Source: Alphaproteobacteria bacterium (GTDB taxonomy: Bacteria > Pseudomonadota > Alphaproteobacteria > UBA828). Taken from it: a stretch of 64,000 nucleotides of DNA. The first letter of the stretch is position 1. The number at the start of each line of letters is the position of its first letter. Where the stretch lies: contig OZ243972.1 of the NCBI GenBank assembly GCA_965214705.1, positions 1,184,001-1,248,000 of the forward strand, read 5' to 3'. The translations under genes were made by a program, and so were the position numbers. Below, piece after piece: positions 40,483 through 51,650 of this stretch. The notes beneath the pieces are model-generated. The model ran no database searches. It was not told the origin of the DNA and worked only from the letters and a program-made list of their open reading frames with translations.

Positions 40483-41391
40483 CTAGTCTTCTTTGTCTTC
40501 CCGCCGGCCGGTCGTGGTCACGAGGAAGAGCCCGGCGAACATCAGCACCACCGCGCCCCAGATATAGGCTGACGGCGCATCGCCGAAGAACCACATGCCG
40601 AAGCCCATGCCCGACAGCGTGGCCACGTAGTTGACGGTCGAGAAGATCACCGGGCCGGCGCGACGAATGACCTCGAAGACCAGATAGAACGACACGCAGT
40701 TGTTGGCCATCGCGGCGATCGTGGCCCAGTGGCCGGTGCCAAATGAACCGCCGAAGACCCACCACTGGCCGGTCGCAGCCATCACGATGAGCACGTAGCC
40801 GGCCGACGCCAGCATCAGGCCTGCGCCGAGCGCCAGCGAGGTGGTCTGCTGCGGGCGCCAGCGGGCGATCAGCACCGCATTGACCGCATAGGAGAGCGAC
40901 GGCAACAGGCCGAGCGCCACCCAGCCGGCCATGCCGGGCGCCGGCAGGCTCGCCTGCGGCACCAGTACCAGAAGAATGCCGGCCAGCCCCAGCAGGATTC
41001 CGCCGAAACGGAGCGAGTGGAAGCGCTCCTGCCTCAGGGTCAACGCCAGCGCGTAAATCATCACCGGCACCAGCGCGAGGCCCAGAGTAAGCAGGCTCGC
41101 CGGCACCTTGTGAGCGAGGTAGGCAAGCAGCATGTAGGGAAACGAGAGATTCAGCGCCCCGGTGGAGAGGAAGATTCGTATGTGGGGGAAGTCGATAGGC
41201 GGCAAACGGCGCAACGCCGCGGCCAGGAGAAGAAGCGCGCCGCCGCCGCCCAGCGACTGCCAGAAGACATAGGGCAGGAAGGGCACGCCGCCGTCCGCCG
41301 CGAAGCGGTTGAGCGATATCGCCAGCGCGAAGGAGACGCCGAGCACGAACAGCATCCCGATCAGGAGCGAGCTCGGTCGGGTGGCGGGCAT
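40483..41391 (-). CDS. DMT/EamA family transporter
   Basis: About 10 TM segments; RQERF, IRRAGPV. Confidence 0.85.
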   Translation of the reverse strand: MPATRPSSLLIGMLFVLGVSFALAISLNRFAADGGVPFLPYVFWQSLGGGGALLLLAAALRRLPPIDFPHIRIFLSTGALNLSFPYMLLAYLAHKVPASLLTLGLALVPVMIYALALTLRQERFHSLRFGGILLGLAGILLVLVPQASLPAPGMAGWVALGLLPSLSYAVNAVLIARWRPQQTTSLALGAGLMLASAGYVLIVMAATGQWWVFGGSFGTGHWATIAAMANNCVSFYLVFEVIRRAGPVIFSTVNYVATLSGMGFGMWFFGDAPSAYIWGAVVLMFAGLFLVTTTGRREDKED

Positions 41392-41492
41392 GGACGGAGC
41401 CTCCCACGGGTCGCGGCATCGCCGCCGGGTGCGGGCAGGCTTGGTACGCCTATGCCCGGATGCTAGAAAAACGCGTCGTCCAGGAGGGAATC

Positions 41493-42707
41493 ATGGTCCA
41501 AACCGCAGCGGCCGCCAAGGCCGCACCGTCCCGCACGAAACCGATATTCCAGTGGGACGATCCGTTCCTGCTCGACGACCAGCTCGGTGAGGACGAGCGG
41601 CTGGTGCGCGACACCACCCGCGCCTACGCCCAAGAGCAGTTGATGCCGCGCATCCTCGAGGCGAACCGGCACGAGCGCTTCGACCGTGAGATTCTGAATG
41701 AGATGGGCGCCCTCGGCCTCTTGGGCTCGACCATCCAGGGCTACGGCTGCGCCGGCGTGAGCTACGTCTGCTACGGCCTCGCCGCGCGTGAGGTGGAGGC
41801 GGTCGATTCCGGCTATCGCTCCGCGATGAGCGTGCAGTCGAGCCTGGTGATGTATCCCATCGACGTCTACGGCACCGAGGCGCAGAAGCAGCAGTGGCTG
41901 CCGCGCCTCGCAACCGGCGAGGCCGTTGGCTGCTTCGGGCTCACCGAGCCGGACTCCGGCTCCGACCCCGGCAGCATGACGACGCGCGCACGCACGGTCG
42001 ACGGGGGATTCCTGCTTTCCGGCGCGAAGAACTGGATCTCCAACTCGCCCATCGCCGATGTCTTCCTGGTCTGGGCCAAGAATGACAAAGGCACGATCCG
42101 AGGCTACCTGCTTGAGAAGGACATGAAGGGGCTGGCGGCGCCCAAGATCGAGGGCAAGTTCTCGCTGCGCGCCTCCGTCACCGGCATGATCCAGATGGAC
42201 GAGGTGTTCGTACCGGCGGAGAACGAGCTTCCCGGTGCGAGCGGGCTTGCCGGCCCATTCCGCTGCCTCAACCGGGCCCGCTACGGCATCGGCTGGGGCG
42301 CGCTCGGCGCCGCCGAGTTCTGCTGGCGCGCCGCCCGCGACTACACGATGGACCGCCAGCAGTTCGGCCGGCCGCTCGCGGCCAACCAGCTGATCCAGAA
42401 GAAGCTCGCCGATATGCAGAGCGAGATCGCCATCGGCCTGCAGGCTTGCCTGCGCGTCGGCCGGCTCTTCGACGAGGGCAGGGCGACGCCCGAGATGATT
42501 TCGCTGATCAAGCGCAACTCCTGCGGCAAGGCGATCGAAGTTGCCCGCGAAGCCCGCGACATGCACGGCGGCAACGGCATCAGCGACGAGTTTCACGTGA
42601 TCCGCCACGTCATGAACCTCGAGGCGGTCAACACCTACGAGGGCACCCACGACATCCACGCCCTGATCCTCGGCCGGGCGCAGACCGGCATCCAGGCCTT
42701 CGCCTGA
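41493..42707 (+). CDS. gcdH: Glutaryl-CoA dehydrogenase-like acyl-CoA dehydrogenase
   Basis: [58 protein letters not shown]. Confidence 0.9.
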   Translation: MVQTAAAAKAAPSRTKPIFQWDDPFLLDDQLGEDERLVRDTTRAYAQEQLMPRILEANRHERFDREILNEMGALGLLGSTIQGYGCAGVSYVCYGLAAREVEAVDSGYRSAMSVQSSLVMYPIDVYGTEAQKQQWLPRLATGEAVGCFGLTEPDSGSDPGSMTTRARTVDGGFLLSGAKNWISNSPIADVFLVWAKNDKGTIRGYLLEKDMKGLAAPKIEGKFSLRASVTGMIQMDEVFVPAENELPGASGLAGPFRCLNRARYGIGWGALGAAEFCWRAARDYTMDRQQFGRPLAANQLIQKKLADMQSEIAIGLQACLRVGRLFDEGRATPEMISLIKRNSCGKAIEVAREARDMHGGNGISDEFHVIRHVMNLEAVNTYEGTHDIHALILGRAQTGIQAFA

Positions 42708-42711
42708 CGCC

Positions 42712-44010
42712 ATGGCGCGGCGCGGCGGGAAGGGGTGGAAAACAAAGCTTCTGCTCGGCGCCATCGCCGACGACCTCACCGGCGCAACCGATCTCTGCAA
42801 CACGCTGGTGGCGGGCGGGATGCGAACGGTCCAGGTGATCGGCGTTCCCCGTGCCGAGACCGCAGTGCCCGATGCCGATGCCGTCGTGGTCGCGCTCAAG
42901 TCGCGCACGGTGCCGCCCGCCAGAGCGGTGCGTGAGTCCCGCGCGGCGCTCGCTTGGCTCAGGAAGGGCGGCGCGCGTCAGATCTTCTTCAAGTACTGCT
43001 CGACCTTCGATTCAACGCCGCGCGGCAATATCGGGCCGGTGGGCGATGCGTTGCTGGACGATCTGGGGGCCGACCTAACCATTGGCTGCCCGGCCTTCCC
43101 GGCCAACGGGCGTACCGTCTACAGGGGGCACCTCTTTGTCGGCGACGTGCTGCTCGAGAACTCGGGCATGCGCAACCATCCGCTGACCCCGATGCGGGAC
43201 TCCAATCTCGTGGCGGTGCTCGGCGCCCAGACGCCGCGCCCGGTGGGGCTGGTCGGGCACGAGACCGTGCGCAAGGGTGCCGGCGCCATCCGCGGGGCGT
43301 TCGAGGGGCTTCGGCAGGCAGGCACGCGCCACGCCATCGTCGACGCGATCGCCGATCCCGACCTCATGGCGATCGGAGCGGCCTGCGCCGATTTGCCGCT
43401 CGTCACCGGCGGCTCCGGGGTCGCCATGGGGCTGCCGGCGAACTTCCGGGAGAGCGGCTTGCTCGGAGAGGCGGAGGAAGCGGCCACGCTGCCGGGCGCA
43501 GCCGGCCACGCGGCGGTGATCGCCGGCAGCTGCTCGACCGCAACGCTCGGGCAGATCGAGCGCATGGCGGCCACGTGCCCGGCGTTCTTCGTCGATGCCG
43601 AGGCGCTCGCCGCGCGCCGGCGGGTGGCGGCCGAGGCGCTGGCCTGGGCGCGGCCCAAGCTCGCCGAAGGGCCGGTGCTGATCTACGCCAGCGCCGCGCC
43701 GGCGCGGGTCAGGCGGATTCAGAAGCAGCTGGGCCCAGAAAAAGCGGGCGCGATGATCGAGCGTTGCCTCGCGCGCATCGCCAAAGGCCTCGTGGATGCC
43801 GGCACAGGCCGGCTGGTGGTGGCCGGCGGCGAGACCGCGGGCGCCGTGGTCGGCGCGCTCGGGGTTCAGGCGCTCCGCATCGGGGCCGAGATCGACCCCG
43901 GCGTGCCGTGGACCATGAGCGTCGGCGAGCCCCGGCTCCATCTCGCGCTGAAGTCCGGCAACTTCGGCGCGCCCGACTTCTTCACCCGCGCATTCGAGGT
44001 CTTGCCGTGA
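42712..44010 (+). CDS. otnK: 3-oxo-tetronate kinase (four-carbon acid sugar kinase)
   Basis: GAIADDLTGATD, FKYCSTFDST, AGGETAG, LKSGNFG. Confidence 0.88.
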   Translation: MARRGGKGWKTKLLLGAIADDLTGATDLCNTLVAGGMRTVQVIGVPRAETAVPDADAVVVALKSRTVPPARAVRESRAALAWLRKGGARQIFFKYCSTFDSTPRGNIGPVGDALLDDLGADLTIGCPAFPANGRTVYRGHLFVGDVLLENSGMRNHPLTPMRDSNLVAVLGAQTPRPVGLVGHETVRKGAGAIRGAFEGLRQAGTRHAIVDAIADPDLMAIGAACADLPLVTGGSGVAMGLPANFRESGLLGEAEEAATLPGAAGHAAVIAGSCSTATLGQIERMAATCPAFFVDAEALAARRRVAAEALAWARPKLAEGPVLIYASAAPARVRRIQKQLGPEKAGAMIERCLARIAKGLVDAGTGRLVVAGGETAGAVVGALGVQALRIGAEIDPGVPWTMSVGEPRLHLALKSGNFGAPDFFTRAFEVLP

Positions 44011-44639
44011 GCGAGGCAGCGCTGCGCGAGCAGATCGCGCTTCACGGCGAGTCCCTGTTCACGCGGGGCTACGGCTGTGGCGCGTCGGGCAACATCAGCG
44101 CGCTGTTGGACGACGGCATGCTGGTCACGCCGACCAACTCCTGTCTCGGCCGGCTCGACCCCGCGCGGATCGCGAAGCTCGGGCCGGACGGCACCCTGAT
44201 CTCCGGCGACCCGCCCTCGAAGGAGGCGTTCCTGCACCAGTCGATCTACCGGGCGAGGCCCGATTCCCGCGCCATCGTGCACCTGCACAGCACGTGCTCG
44301 GTCGCGGTTTCCTGCCTCGCCGACGTCGACCCAGCCGACGTGCTGCCGCCGATCACCGCCTATTACGTGATGCGCGTGGGCCGACTGCCGCTCATCCCCT
44401 ACTACCGGCCGGGCGACCGGACGCTCGCAGACGCCGTGCACGACGCGGCCCGCACGCACCACGCGGTTCTGCTGGCCAATCACGGGCCCGTGGTGGCGGG
44501 GAAGGCGCTGGATGCCGCGGTCTATGCCGCCGAGGAGCTGGAAGAGACGGCGAAGCTGCACCTGCTGCTGCGCGGTGCGCCGGTCAGGCTGCTGACCGAC
44601 GAGCAAGTCACCGAATTGAGGGAGATATTCCCGACCTGA
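44007..44639 (+). CDS. otnC: 3-oxo-tetronate 4-phosphate decarboxylase (class II aldolase)
   Basis: GTGA overlap with otnK; SGNISA, TPTNSCLG, PSKEAFLH, VHLHS, LLANHGPV. Confidence 0.87.
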   Translation: MSEAALREQIALHGESLFTRGYGCGASGNISALLDDGMLVTPTNSCLGRLDPARIAKLGPDGTLISGDPPSKEAFLHQSIYRARPDSRAIVHLHSTCSVAVSCLADVDPADVLPPITAYYVMRVGRLPLIPYYRPGDRTLADAVHDAARTHHAVLLANHGPVVAGKALDAAVYAAEELEETAKLHLLLRGAPVRLLTDEQVTELREIFPT

Positions 44640-44679
44640 GCCGGGCTCTGTGGAAGGGTTGGCGGCGAAGGCTCGCGGC

Positions 44680-45111
44680 TTACGCGGCTTCCTCCTCCTC
44701 TTCCTCCTCGTCGTCGCCCGGAACGGGGCCCGAATCCTTGCCCTTCTCGTCCTCGTCCCGATCGACCAGCTCGATGATCGCCATGGGCGCGGCGTCGCCG
44801 TAGCGGTGACCGGCCTTCAGCACGCGGGTGTAGCCGCCCGGGCGCTCGGCGTAACGGGGCCCCAGCGTGTCGAAGAGCTTGCGCACGACCGCATCGTCGA
44901 CGAGATAGCTCAGCGCCTGCCGGCGGGCGTGGAGATCGCCGCGCTTGCCAAGCGTGATCATGCGCTCGACAACGCCGCGCAGCTCCTTCGCCTTCGGCAG
45001 CGTGGTCTCGATCTGCTCGTGCTTGAGCAGCGACGTCGCCATGTTGCGGAACATCGCGCGGCGGTGGCTGGACGTCCGGTTCAGCTTGCGGCGGCCATGT
45101 CGATGGCGCAT
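44680..45111 (-). CDS. rplQ: 50S ribosomal protein L17
   Basis: [24 protein letters not shown]. Confidence 0.97.
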   Translation of the reverse strand: MRHRHGRRKLNRTSSHRRAMFRNMATSLLKHEQIETTLPKAKELRGVVERMITLGKRGDLHARRQALSYLVDDAVVRKLFDTLGPRYAERPGGYTRVLKAGHRYGDAAPMAIIELVDRDEDEKGKDSGPVPGDDEEEEEEEAA

Positions 45112-45152
45112 GGCGTATCCCCCTGTAACGTGGCCTTGGGCGGGTCCGGTCC

Positions 45153-46166
45153 CTAGTAGGGCTCGTCCAGCCTCTTGGCCAGTTCCTCGATGTTCTCGGG
45201 CGGCCAGTCGGTGAGCTCCATGCCGAGATAGAGGCCCATGGCGGCCAGCACGTCCTTGATCTCGTTGAGCGACTTGCGGCCGAAGTTGGGCGTCCGCAGC
45301 ATCTCGGCTTCGGAGTACTGCACCAGGTCGCCGATGTAGATGATGTTGTCGTTCTTGAGGCAGTTGGCGGAGCGGACGGAAAGCTCCAGCTCGTCCACCT
45401 TGCGCAGCAGGTTCGGATTGAACTCCGGCTCGATCGCCTCCTCGGCGCGCGGCAGCTCGCGCGGCTCCTCGAAGTTGATGAAGAGCTGGAGCTGATCCTG
45501 GAGGATGCGGGCGGCCAACGCGATCGCGTCCTCGGGCGAGACGGTGCCGTTGGTCTCGACCCGCATGGTCAGCTTGTCGTAGTCGGTCACCTGGCCCACG
45601 CGGGTGTTGTCCACCTTGTAGGCGACCTTGCGCACAGGGCTGTAGAGCGCATCGACCGGGATCAGGCCGATGGGCGCATCCTCGGGCCGGTTCTGGGCGG
45701 CAGGCACATAGCCCTTGCCGGTCTCGACCGTGAACTCCATGTCGATCTTGGTGTTCTCGTCGAGGGTGCAGATCACCACGTCGGGGTCGACGATCTGGAT
45801 GCCGTGACCGGCCTGGATCTGCGCCGCCGTGACCTCGCCCGGCCCAGTCGCGCTCAGCGCCATCCGCCGGGGGCCTTCGCCGTGCAGGCGGAGCGCCAGC
45901 AGCTTCACGTTGAGGACGAGATCGGTGATGTCCTCGCGCACGCCCTGGAGCGAGGAGAACTCGTGCAGCACGCCGTTGATCTGCATCGACGTGACCGCGG
46001 CACCCTGCAGCGACGACAGCAGGATGCGCCTGAGCGCGTTGCCGAGCGTCATGCCGTAGCCGCGCTCGAGCGGCTCGGCCACGATGCGCGCGAAGCGGGA
46101 GCCGTCTCCTTCGGGCGTCACTTCGAGCTTGTGCGGCTTGATGAGTTCCTGCCAGTTCTTCTTCAT
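45153..46166 (-). CDS. rpoA: RNA polymerase alpha subunit
   Basis: [34 protein letters not shown]; start MKKNWQ at 46166. Confidence 0.97.
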   Translation of the reverse strand: MKKNWQELIKPHKLEVTPEGDGSRFARIVAEPLERGYGMTLGNALRRILLSSLQGAAVTSMQINGVLHEFSSLQGVREDITDLVLNVKLLALRLHGEGPRRMALSATGPGEVTAAQIQAGHGIQIVDPDVVICTLDENTKIDMEFTVETGKGYVPAAQNRPEDAPIGLIPVDALYSPVRKVAYKVDNTRVGQVTDYDKLTMRVETNGTVSPEDAIALAARILQDQLQLFINFEEPRELPRAEEAIEPEFNPNLLRKVDELELSVRSANCLKNDNIIYIGDLVQYSEAEMLRTPNFGRKSLNEIKDVLAAMGLYLGMELTDWPPENIEELAKRLDEPY

Positions 46167-46248
46167 GACACAGACTGTCCCGTGTGATGGGTTGTACGCC
46201 CGTTGAATGAACGAGGTGGCGCGCCGCGGCGCGCCGGTCAAGGTGCCG

Positions 46249-46635
46249 TCAGACGCGCCGCCGTTTCGGCGGCCGGCAGCCATTGTGCGGGATCGGGGTC
46301 ACGTCCCGGATCGCGGTGATCACGAAGCCCGCGCTCTGCAGCGCGCGTAGCGCGGATTCGCGCCCTGAGCCCGGCCCCTTGATCTCGACCTCGAGGGATT
46401 TGACACCGTGCTCCGCAGCCTTGCGGCCGGCTTCCTCGGCCGCCATCTGGGCAGCGTAGGGGGTCGACTTCCGCGAGCCGCGAAAGCCCATGCTGCCGGC
46501 CGACGACCAGGCGATCGCATTGCCCTGGACATCGGTGATGGTAATCATCGTGCTGTTGAAGGTGGCGCTGACGTGGGCGATGCCGGAGGAAATGTTCTTC
46601 CGCTCGCGGCGCCGTGTGCGTGTCGGCTTCGCCAT
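46249..46635 (-). CDS. rpsK: 30S ribosomal protein S11
   Basis: [29 protein letters not shown]. Confidence 0.97.
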   Translation of the reverse strand: MAKPTRTRRRERKNISSGIAHVSATFNSTMITITDVQGNAIAWSSAGSMGFRGSRKSTPYAAQMAAEEAGRKAAEHGVKSLEVEIKGPGSGRESALRALQSAGFVITAIRDVTPIPHNGCRPPKRRRV

Positions 46636-46647
46636 CCCCGCTGCCCT

Positions 46648-47016
46648 CTACTTCTTCTTGCCCGCGATCGGGCGTGCCGGCCCTTTGCGCGTGCGTGCGT
46701 TGGTGTGGGTGCGCTGGCCGCGCACGGGCAAGCCGCGCCTGTGCCGGAGGCCCCGATAGGTGCCGAGGTCCATGAGGCGCTTGATGTTCATCGCGACCTC
46801 GCGGCGGAGGTCACCCTCGACCACGTAGCTCTGGTCGATCACCTCGCGGATGCGGATGACCTCCGCATCGCTCAGCTGGCTCACCCGCTTCTCGGCCGGC
46901 AGGCCCACCGTCTCGCGAATTTGCCGGGCCTTGGTGCGCCCGATCCCGTGAATGTAAGTCAACGAAATCTCGACCCGCTTGTTGGTCGGGATGTTGACGC
47001 CGGCAATACGCGCCAC
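46648..47016 (-). CDS. rpsM: 30S ribosomal protein S13
   Basis: [27 protein letters not shown]; GTG start. Confidence 0.97.
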   Translation of the reverse strand: MARIAGVNIPTNKRVEISLTYIHGIGRTKARQIRETVGLPAEKRVSQLSDAEVIRIREVIDQSYVVEGDLRREVAMNIKRLMDLGTYRGLRHRRGLPVRGQRTHTNARTRKGPARPIAGKKK

Positions 47017-47255
47017 GCTGGAGCCTCCTCATAGGGAAAGGGCGCGCGGCGATGCCTGCTGCGCGCGCCCTGAGTGGCACGTCGATTACACCTAGCGTGC
47101 GTCCGAGTCAATGGCGCGTGCCGGCTCGCGGCGCTTCGGCGGGAGCGGGGCCGTCCTTGACGGACTCGCGACAGGCCGCGACCGCGGCCCGCCGCCAATG
47201 CGGCGCGCCCGCGCAGGCGCCGGCCGTAGGCCGGCTGCCGTGAGCGACAAGTGGG

Positions 47256-47285
47256 AGAGCGTTTCCGCTGGGGCGGAAACGCTCT
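47256..47285. repeat. Perfect 13-bp inverted repeat
   Basis: AGAGCGTTTCCGC-TGGG-GCGGAAACGCTCT in the gap between the divergent rpsM and tartrate dehydrogenase genes. Confidence 0.7.
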
Positions 47286-47318
47286 AGCATGCGCGCGCCT
47301 GCGAGGGGGGGCCGGTCC

Positions 47319-48374
47319 ATGGCGCACTATCGAATTGCGGTAATTCCTGGCGATGGCATCGGCAACGAGGTCATGCCCGAAGCTATGAAGGTGCTGGAAG
47401 CCGCCGGCCGGCGCTTCGATATCGGTTTCGACTGGCAGCATTTCGGCTGGAACTGCGAAACCTACGGCCAGACCGGCCGAATGATGCCCGAGGACGGGAT
47501 CGAAGTTCTGCGCCCGTTCGACGCCATCCTGCTGGGCGCGGTGGGCTTCCCCGGCGTGCCGGACCACGTTTCGCTCTGGGGCCTCCTGATTCCGCTGCGC
47601 CGGGCCTTCCGTCAGTACGTCAACCTGCGCCCGATCAAGCTGCTCAAGGGCGTCACCTCGCCGCTCGCGAACCGCACCCCGGCCGACATCGACTTCGTCA
47701 TCGTGCGCGAGAACAATGAGGGCGAGTATTCGGAGATGGGCGGGCGCATCTACGCCGGCACCGAGCAGGAGGCGGTGGTGCAGGAGAGCGTCTTCACCCG
47801 CCAGGGCGTCGACCGGGTGATGCGCTACGCCTTCGAGCTGGCCCGCACCCGGCAGGGCCGCGTGGCCTCGGCCACCAAGTCCAACGGCATCATCCACACG
47901 ATGCCCTATTGGGACGAGCGCTTCGCGGCCCACGCCGCCGAGTTCCCGGACGTGGAGACCGACAGCTTCCATATCGACATCCTGAGCGCCCACTTCGTGC
48001 AGCATCCGGACTGGTTCGACGTGGTGGTGGGCAGCAACCTGTTCGGCGACATCCTCTCGGACCTCGGCGCCGCTGTGGCGGGCGGCATGGGGCTCGCACC
48101 CGCCGCCAACCTCAACCCCGATCGCGACCATCCCTCCATGTTCGAGCCGGTGCACGGCTCTGCGCCGGACATCGCCGGCCGCGCCATCGCCAACCCGGTC
48201 GCGATGATCTGGACCGGCGCGATGATGGTGGACCATCTCGGCCACGGCGACGCCGCGCGCGCCATCGAGGGTGCGATCGAGACCGTGCTCGGCGAAGGCG
48301 CCCCGCTGACCCCCGACCTCGGCGGCAGCGCGTCCACCTCCGATGTCGGTGAGGCCATCGCCCAAGCGCTCTGA
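47319..48374 (+). CDS. Tartrate dehydrogenase / D-malate dehydrogenase (decarboxylating)
   Basis: IAVIPGDGIGNEV, VPDHVSLWGLL, RENNEGEYS, SNLFGDILSDL, EPVHGSAPDIAG. Confidence 0.92.
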   Translation: MAHYRIAVIPGDGIGNEVMPEAMKVLEAAGRRFDIGFDWQHFGWNCETYGQTGRMMPEDGIEVLRPFDAILLGAVGFPGVPDHVSLWGLLIPLRRAFRQYVNLRPIKLLKGVTSPLANRTPADIDFVIVRENNEGEYSEMGGRIYAGTEQEAVVQESVFTRQGVDRVMRYAFELARTRQGRVASATKSNGIIHTMPYWDERFAAHAAEFPDVETDSFHIDILSAHFVQHPDWFDVVVGSNLFGDILSDLGAAVAGGMGLAPAANLNPDRDHPSMFEPVHGSAPDIAGRAIANPVAMIWTGAMMVDHLGHGDAARAIEGAIETVLGEGAPLTPDLGGSASTSDVGEAIAQAL

Positions 48375-48446
48375 GGCTGGCACCGTCCCGCGTGCCGCGG
48401 CCCGAACCAAGCCCTGTCACGCTTGTGCTACAGCACAGCATTGTCT

Positions 48447-48462
48447 AGGTTACATGTAACCT
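48447..48462. promoter_or_regulatory. Palindromic operator of the toxin-antitoxin operon
   Basis: Perfect 16-bp palindrome AGGTTACATGTAACCT, 13 nt before the antitoxin ATG; a second inverted repeat TGTGCT-AC-AGCACA lies at 48424-48437. Confidence 0.7.
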
Positions 48463-48475
48463 GGGGTGACGATCC

Positions 48476-48703
48476 ATGGCAAGCCCGCCGAAGAGCTCGA
48501 AGGCAACGCACGAGAAGGTTCGCCGGCATCGTGCGCGCCTGCGTGAGCAGGGGCTTCGTCCTCTGCAAATCTGGGTACCCGACACCCGGACACCGGGATT
48601 TTCGGAGGAGGCGCGTAGACAGTCGCTGGCCGTGGCCGCGAGTGTGCATGCCGAGTCCGACCAGCGGTTCGTCGACGCCATCAGCGAAATTGATATCGCG
48701 TGA
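48476..48703 (+). CDS. Antitoxin, MazE-like (DUF3018)
   Basis: KVRRHRARLREQGLRPLQIWVPDTRTPGFSEEARRQS. Confidence 0.88.
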   Translation: MASPPKSSKATHEKVRRHRARLREQGLRPLQIWVPDTRTPGFSEEARRQSLAVAASVHAESDQRFVDAISEIDIA

Positions 48704-49026
48704 AGCGGGGCGAATTGTGGGTCGCTGCGGGGGGCGGCGACTATACGGGCAAGCCGAGACCCGTCGTGATCGTTCAGGACGACCGCTTCGAGCATTCAAA
48801 CTCGGTGACGGTCTGTGCATTGACCAGCGACCCGACCGATGCGCCACTGTTTCGCGTCGCTCTCTCCCCGAGCTCCGAGAACGGCCTGCACGAGACTTGC
48901 CGGGTCATGGTCGACAAGATCACCACCGTCCGCCGGGAGCGTCTGGGTCGACGGATCGGCGCCCTCTCCGCTAGGGATATGCGACGGATCGATCAGGCCA
49001 TTCTCGTCTTCCTCGGCATTGCCTGA
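48700..49026 (+). CDS. Type II toxin, PemK/MazF family endoribonuclease
   Basis: MKRGELW...GKPRPVVIVQDD...VMVDKITTV; GTGA overlap with the antitoxin. Confidence 0.9.
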   Translation: MKRGELWVAAGGGDYTGKPRPVVIVQDDRFEHSNSVTVCALTSDPTDAPLFRVALSPSSENGLHETCRVMVDKITTVRRERLGRRIGALSARDMRRIDQAILVFLGIA

Positions 49027-49182
49027 CGGGATGTTCGCCCGACGGGCCGCTCGTAGACGCCCGCGCGTTTGCTTGACAGCCTTGCGGCGGGTGCTAGGGT
49101 CGGTGGCCTTAGAGAGGGGCAGGGAGCGGCACGATTGGCGGGCCGCGCGACCTCCAGCGAAGCCCCGACACACGGCGAGGCC

Positions 49183-50598
49183 GTGGCGAAAAAGCTCTAC
49201 GTCAAGACCTTCGGCTGCCAGATGAACGTCTACGACTCCGCCCGCATGGCGGATGTCCTGGCGCCGCTCGGCTATCGCTCGACGGCGGCGATCGAGGACG
49301 CCGATCTGGTGGTCCTCAACACCTGTCATATCCGTGAGAAGGCGGCGGAGAAGGTCTACTCCGAGCTCGGGCGGTTGCGCGCGCTGAAGCAGACGCGCGA
49401 GCGGGGCGGTGGGGAGATGCTGCTCGCCGTCGCCGGCTGCGTCGCCCAGGCCGAGGGCGAGGAGGTCGCTGCCCGCGCCCCCTTCGTGGATATCGTGGTT
49501 GGCCCCCAAGCGTATCATCGCCTGCCGGGCATGGTGGCGCGCGCGAGGCGTGAGCGCCGGGCTGCGGTCGATACCTCCATGCCGGCGGATTCGCGCTTCG
49601 ACCACTTGCCGGAGGAGCTGGCCGGCCCGCTGCCAGGAAGGGGCGTTTCGTCCTTCCTCACGATTCAGGAAGGCTGCGATCGCTTCTGCACGTTCTGCGT
49701 CGTGCCCTATACCCGAGGCGCCGAGGATTCCCGCCCCGCTGCTGATGTCGAAGCCGAGGCACGCCGCCTCGTCGTCGCCGGCGCCCGCGAGATCGTGCTG
49801 CTGGGCCAGAACGTCAACGCCTATCACGGCGCGGCCGGCGAGCCCGACGAGGGCGAGACGGACTTGGCGAGTCTGATCGGCCGCCTGGCAGCCATCGAAG
49901 GGCTGGAGCGGCTGCGCTACACCACTTCCCATCCGCGCGACATGACGCCGGCGCTGATCGAGGCGCACGGCGCGGAGCCGAAGCTGATGCCCTTCCTGCA
50001 TCTGCCGGTGCAGTCGGGCTCGGACCGCATCCTCGCCGCCATGAACCGGGGCCACGGCGCCGAGCGTTACCTGCGTCTGGTGGCCGCGCTCCGGGCCGCT
50101 CAGCCCGAGATCGCGCTCTCCAGCGACTTCATCGTGGGCTTTCCCGGTGAGACCGAGGCGGATTTTGAGGAGACAATGGCGCTCGTGCGCGAGGTCGAGT
50201 TCGCGCAGGCCTTCTCCTTCAAGTACAGCCCGCGCCCCGGCACGCCTGCGGCAGAGCGCGACGACCGCGTGCCGGGCGAGGTCGCTGCCGAGCGTCTGAG
50301 CCGCCTCCAGCGCCTGCTCGACGAGCAGAAGCGGCGCTTCAACGCGGGCATGGTGGGGCGGACGCTCCCGGTACTCTTCGAGAGGCGCGGCCGCCACCCT
50401 GGTCAGGTCGCAGGCCGCACGTCCTACATGCAGTGGCTCCATGTGGCGGGCGACGAGAGCTTGATCGGCACCGTCGCAGAGGCAACCGTGACCGACGCTT
50501 CGCCCAACGGCCTCGCAGGTGCGCTGGCGGGTGGCACGGGCGCGCTTACCCAGGGCCGCGACGCCGGCTTGGGCGTTGCAGGAGGCGTTCCCGCGTGA
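49183..50598 (+). CDS. miaB: tRNA-i6A37 methylthiotransferase
   Basis: [21 protein letters not shown], radical SAM motif CDRFCTFC. Confidence 0.95.
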   Translation: MAKKLYVKTFGCQMNVYDSARMADVLAPLGYRSTAAIEDADLVVLNTCHIREKAAEKVYSELGRLRALKQTRERGGGEMLLAVAGCVAQAEGEEVAARAPFVDIVVGPQAYHRLPGMVARARRERRAAVDTSMPADSRFDHLPEELAGPLPGRGVSSFLTIQEGCDRFCTFCVVPYTRGAEDSRPAADVEAEARRLVVAGAREIVLLGQNVNAYHGAAGEPDEGETDLASLIGRLAAIEGLERLRYTTSHPRDMTPALIEAHGAEPKLMPFLHLPVQSGSDRILAAMNRGHGAERYLRLVAALRAAQPEIALSSDFIVGFPGETEADFEETMALVREVEFAQAFSFKYSPRPGTPAAERDDRVPGEVAAERLSRLQRLLDEQKRRFNAGMVGRTLPVLFERRGRHPGQVAGRTSYMQWLHVAGDESLIGTVAEATVTDASPNGLAGALAGGTGALTQGRDAGLGVAGGVPA

Positions 50599-51650
50599 GC
50601 CGCCCTGCAGCCGGGGCGCCGGGCGAGGCCGGCGCGCAGATCCGTTTCGATGACAACACCTTGCTGCCGCTCCTCTTCGGCGATCACGACCGCCATCTGG
50701 TGCGGATCGAGCACGCGTTGGGCGTGGTGCTGCGCTCGCGCGGCAACGAGGTTGCGATCAGCGGCCCGCCCTCTTCGGTCGCGGCGACGGAAGAGGTGCT
50801 GCGGACGCTCTACGACAAGCTGAAGCAGGGCCTGCCCATGGGCGGCGGCGAGGTCGAAGGCGCGATCCGCATGGCGACCGGGCCGCGCGGCGCCGGTGTC
50901 GCGGGCACGGCAAACCAGCGGGCCGAGCCTGAGCCTGCGCTCACGCTCCGCACCCGCAAGCGCCCGGTCAGTCCGCGCTCGCCGCGCCAGGCCGACTATG
51001 TGCGCGCCATGCAGAACAACGACCTGGTGTTCGGGCTCGGCCCCGCCGGCACCGGCAAGACCTATCTCGCGGTGGCGATGGCGGTCTCGCTCTATCTCAC
51101 CGGCCGGGTCGAGCGCATCGTGCTCTCGCGCCCGGCGGTCGAGGCGGGCGAGCGCCTCGGTTTCCTGCCCGGCGATTTGAAGGACAAGGTCGACCCGTAT
51201 CTCCGCCCGCTCTACGACGCGCTCTACGACATGCTGCCGGCGGACCTGGTGTCGCGGCGCATCGACTCGGCGGAGATCGAGATCGCCCCGCTCGCCTTCA
51301 TGCGCGGGCGCACGCTCTCCCAGGCGTTCGTCATCCTGGACGAAGCGCAGAACACGACGCCGCTACAGATGAAGATGTTCCTCACCCGGCTCGGCGAGGG
51401 CTCGCGCATGGTCGTCACCGGCGACCTCACCCAGGTAGACCTCCCGGCTGGTGCGCAGTCGGGCCTGCGCCATGCCGTCAAGACACTGGAGGGATTGAGC
51501 GGGGTTTCCTTCGTCCGCTTCGGCACCGCCGATGTCATGCGCCATTCCCTGGTGACGCGCATCCTCGAGGCCTACGACGCCGAAACCCCCGGCGATGACC
51601 GAGATCGAGATCAGCCTCCGCGATTCGGCGTGGTCGACCGCTCTTCCTGA
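50595..51650 (+). CDS. PhoH-family ATPase (YbeZ)
   Basis: [32 protein letters not shown]; start GTG 50595. Confidence 0.93.
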   Translation: MSRPAAGAPGEAGAQIRFDDNTLLPLLFGDHDRHLVRIEHALGVVLRSRGNEVAISGPPSSVAATEEVLRTLYDKLKQGLPMGGGEVEGAIRMATGPRGAGVAGTANQRAEPEPALTLRTRKRPVSPRSPRQADYVRAMQNNDLVFGLGPAGTGKTYLAVAMAVSLYLTGRVERIVLSRPAVEAGERLGFLPGDLKDKVDPYLRPLYDALYDMLPADLVSRRIDSAEIEIAPLAFMRGRTLSQAFVILDEAQNTTPLQMKMFLTRLGEGSRMVVTGDLTQVDLPAGAQSGLRHAVKTLEGLSGVSFVRFGTADVMRHSLVTRILEAYDAETPGDDRDRDQPPRFGVVDRSS

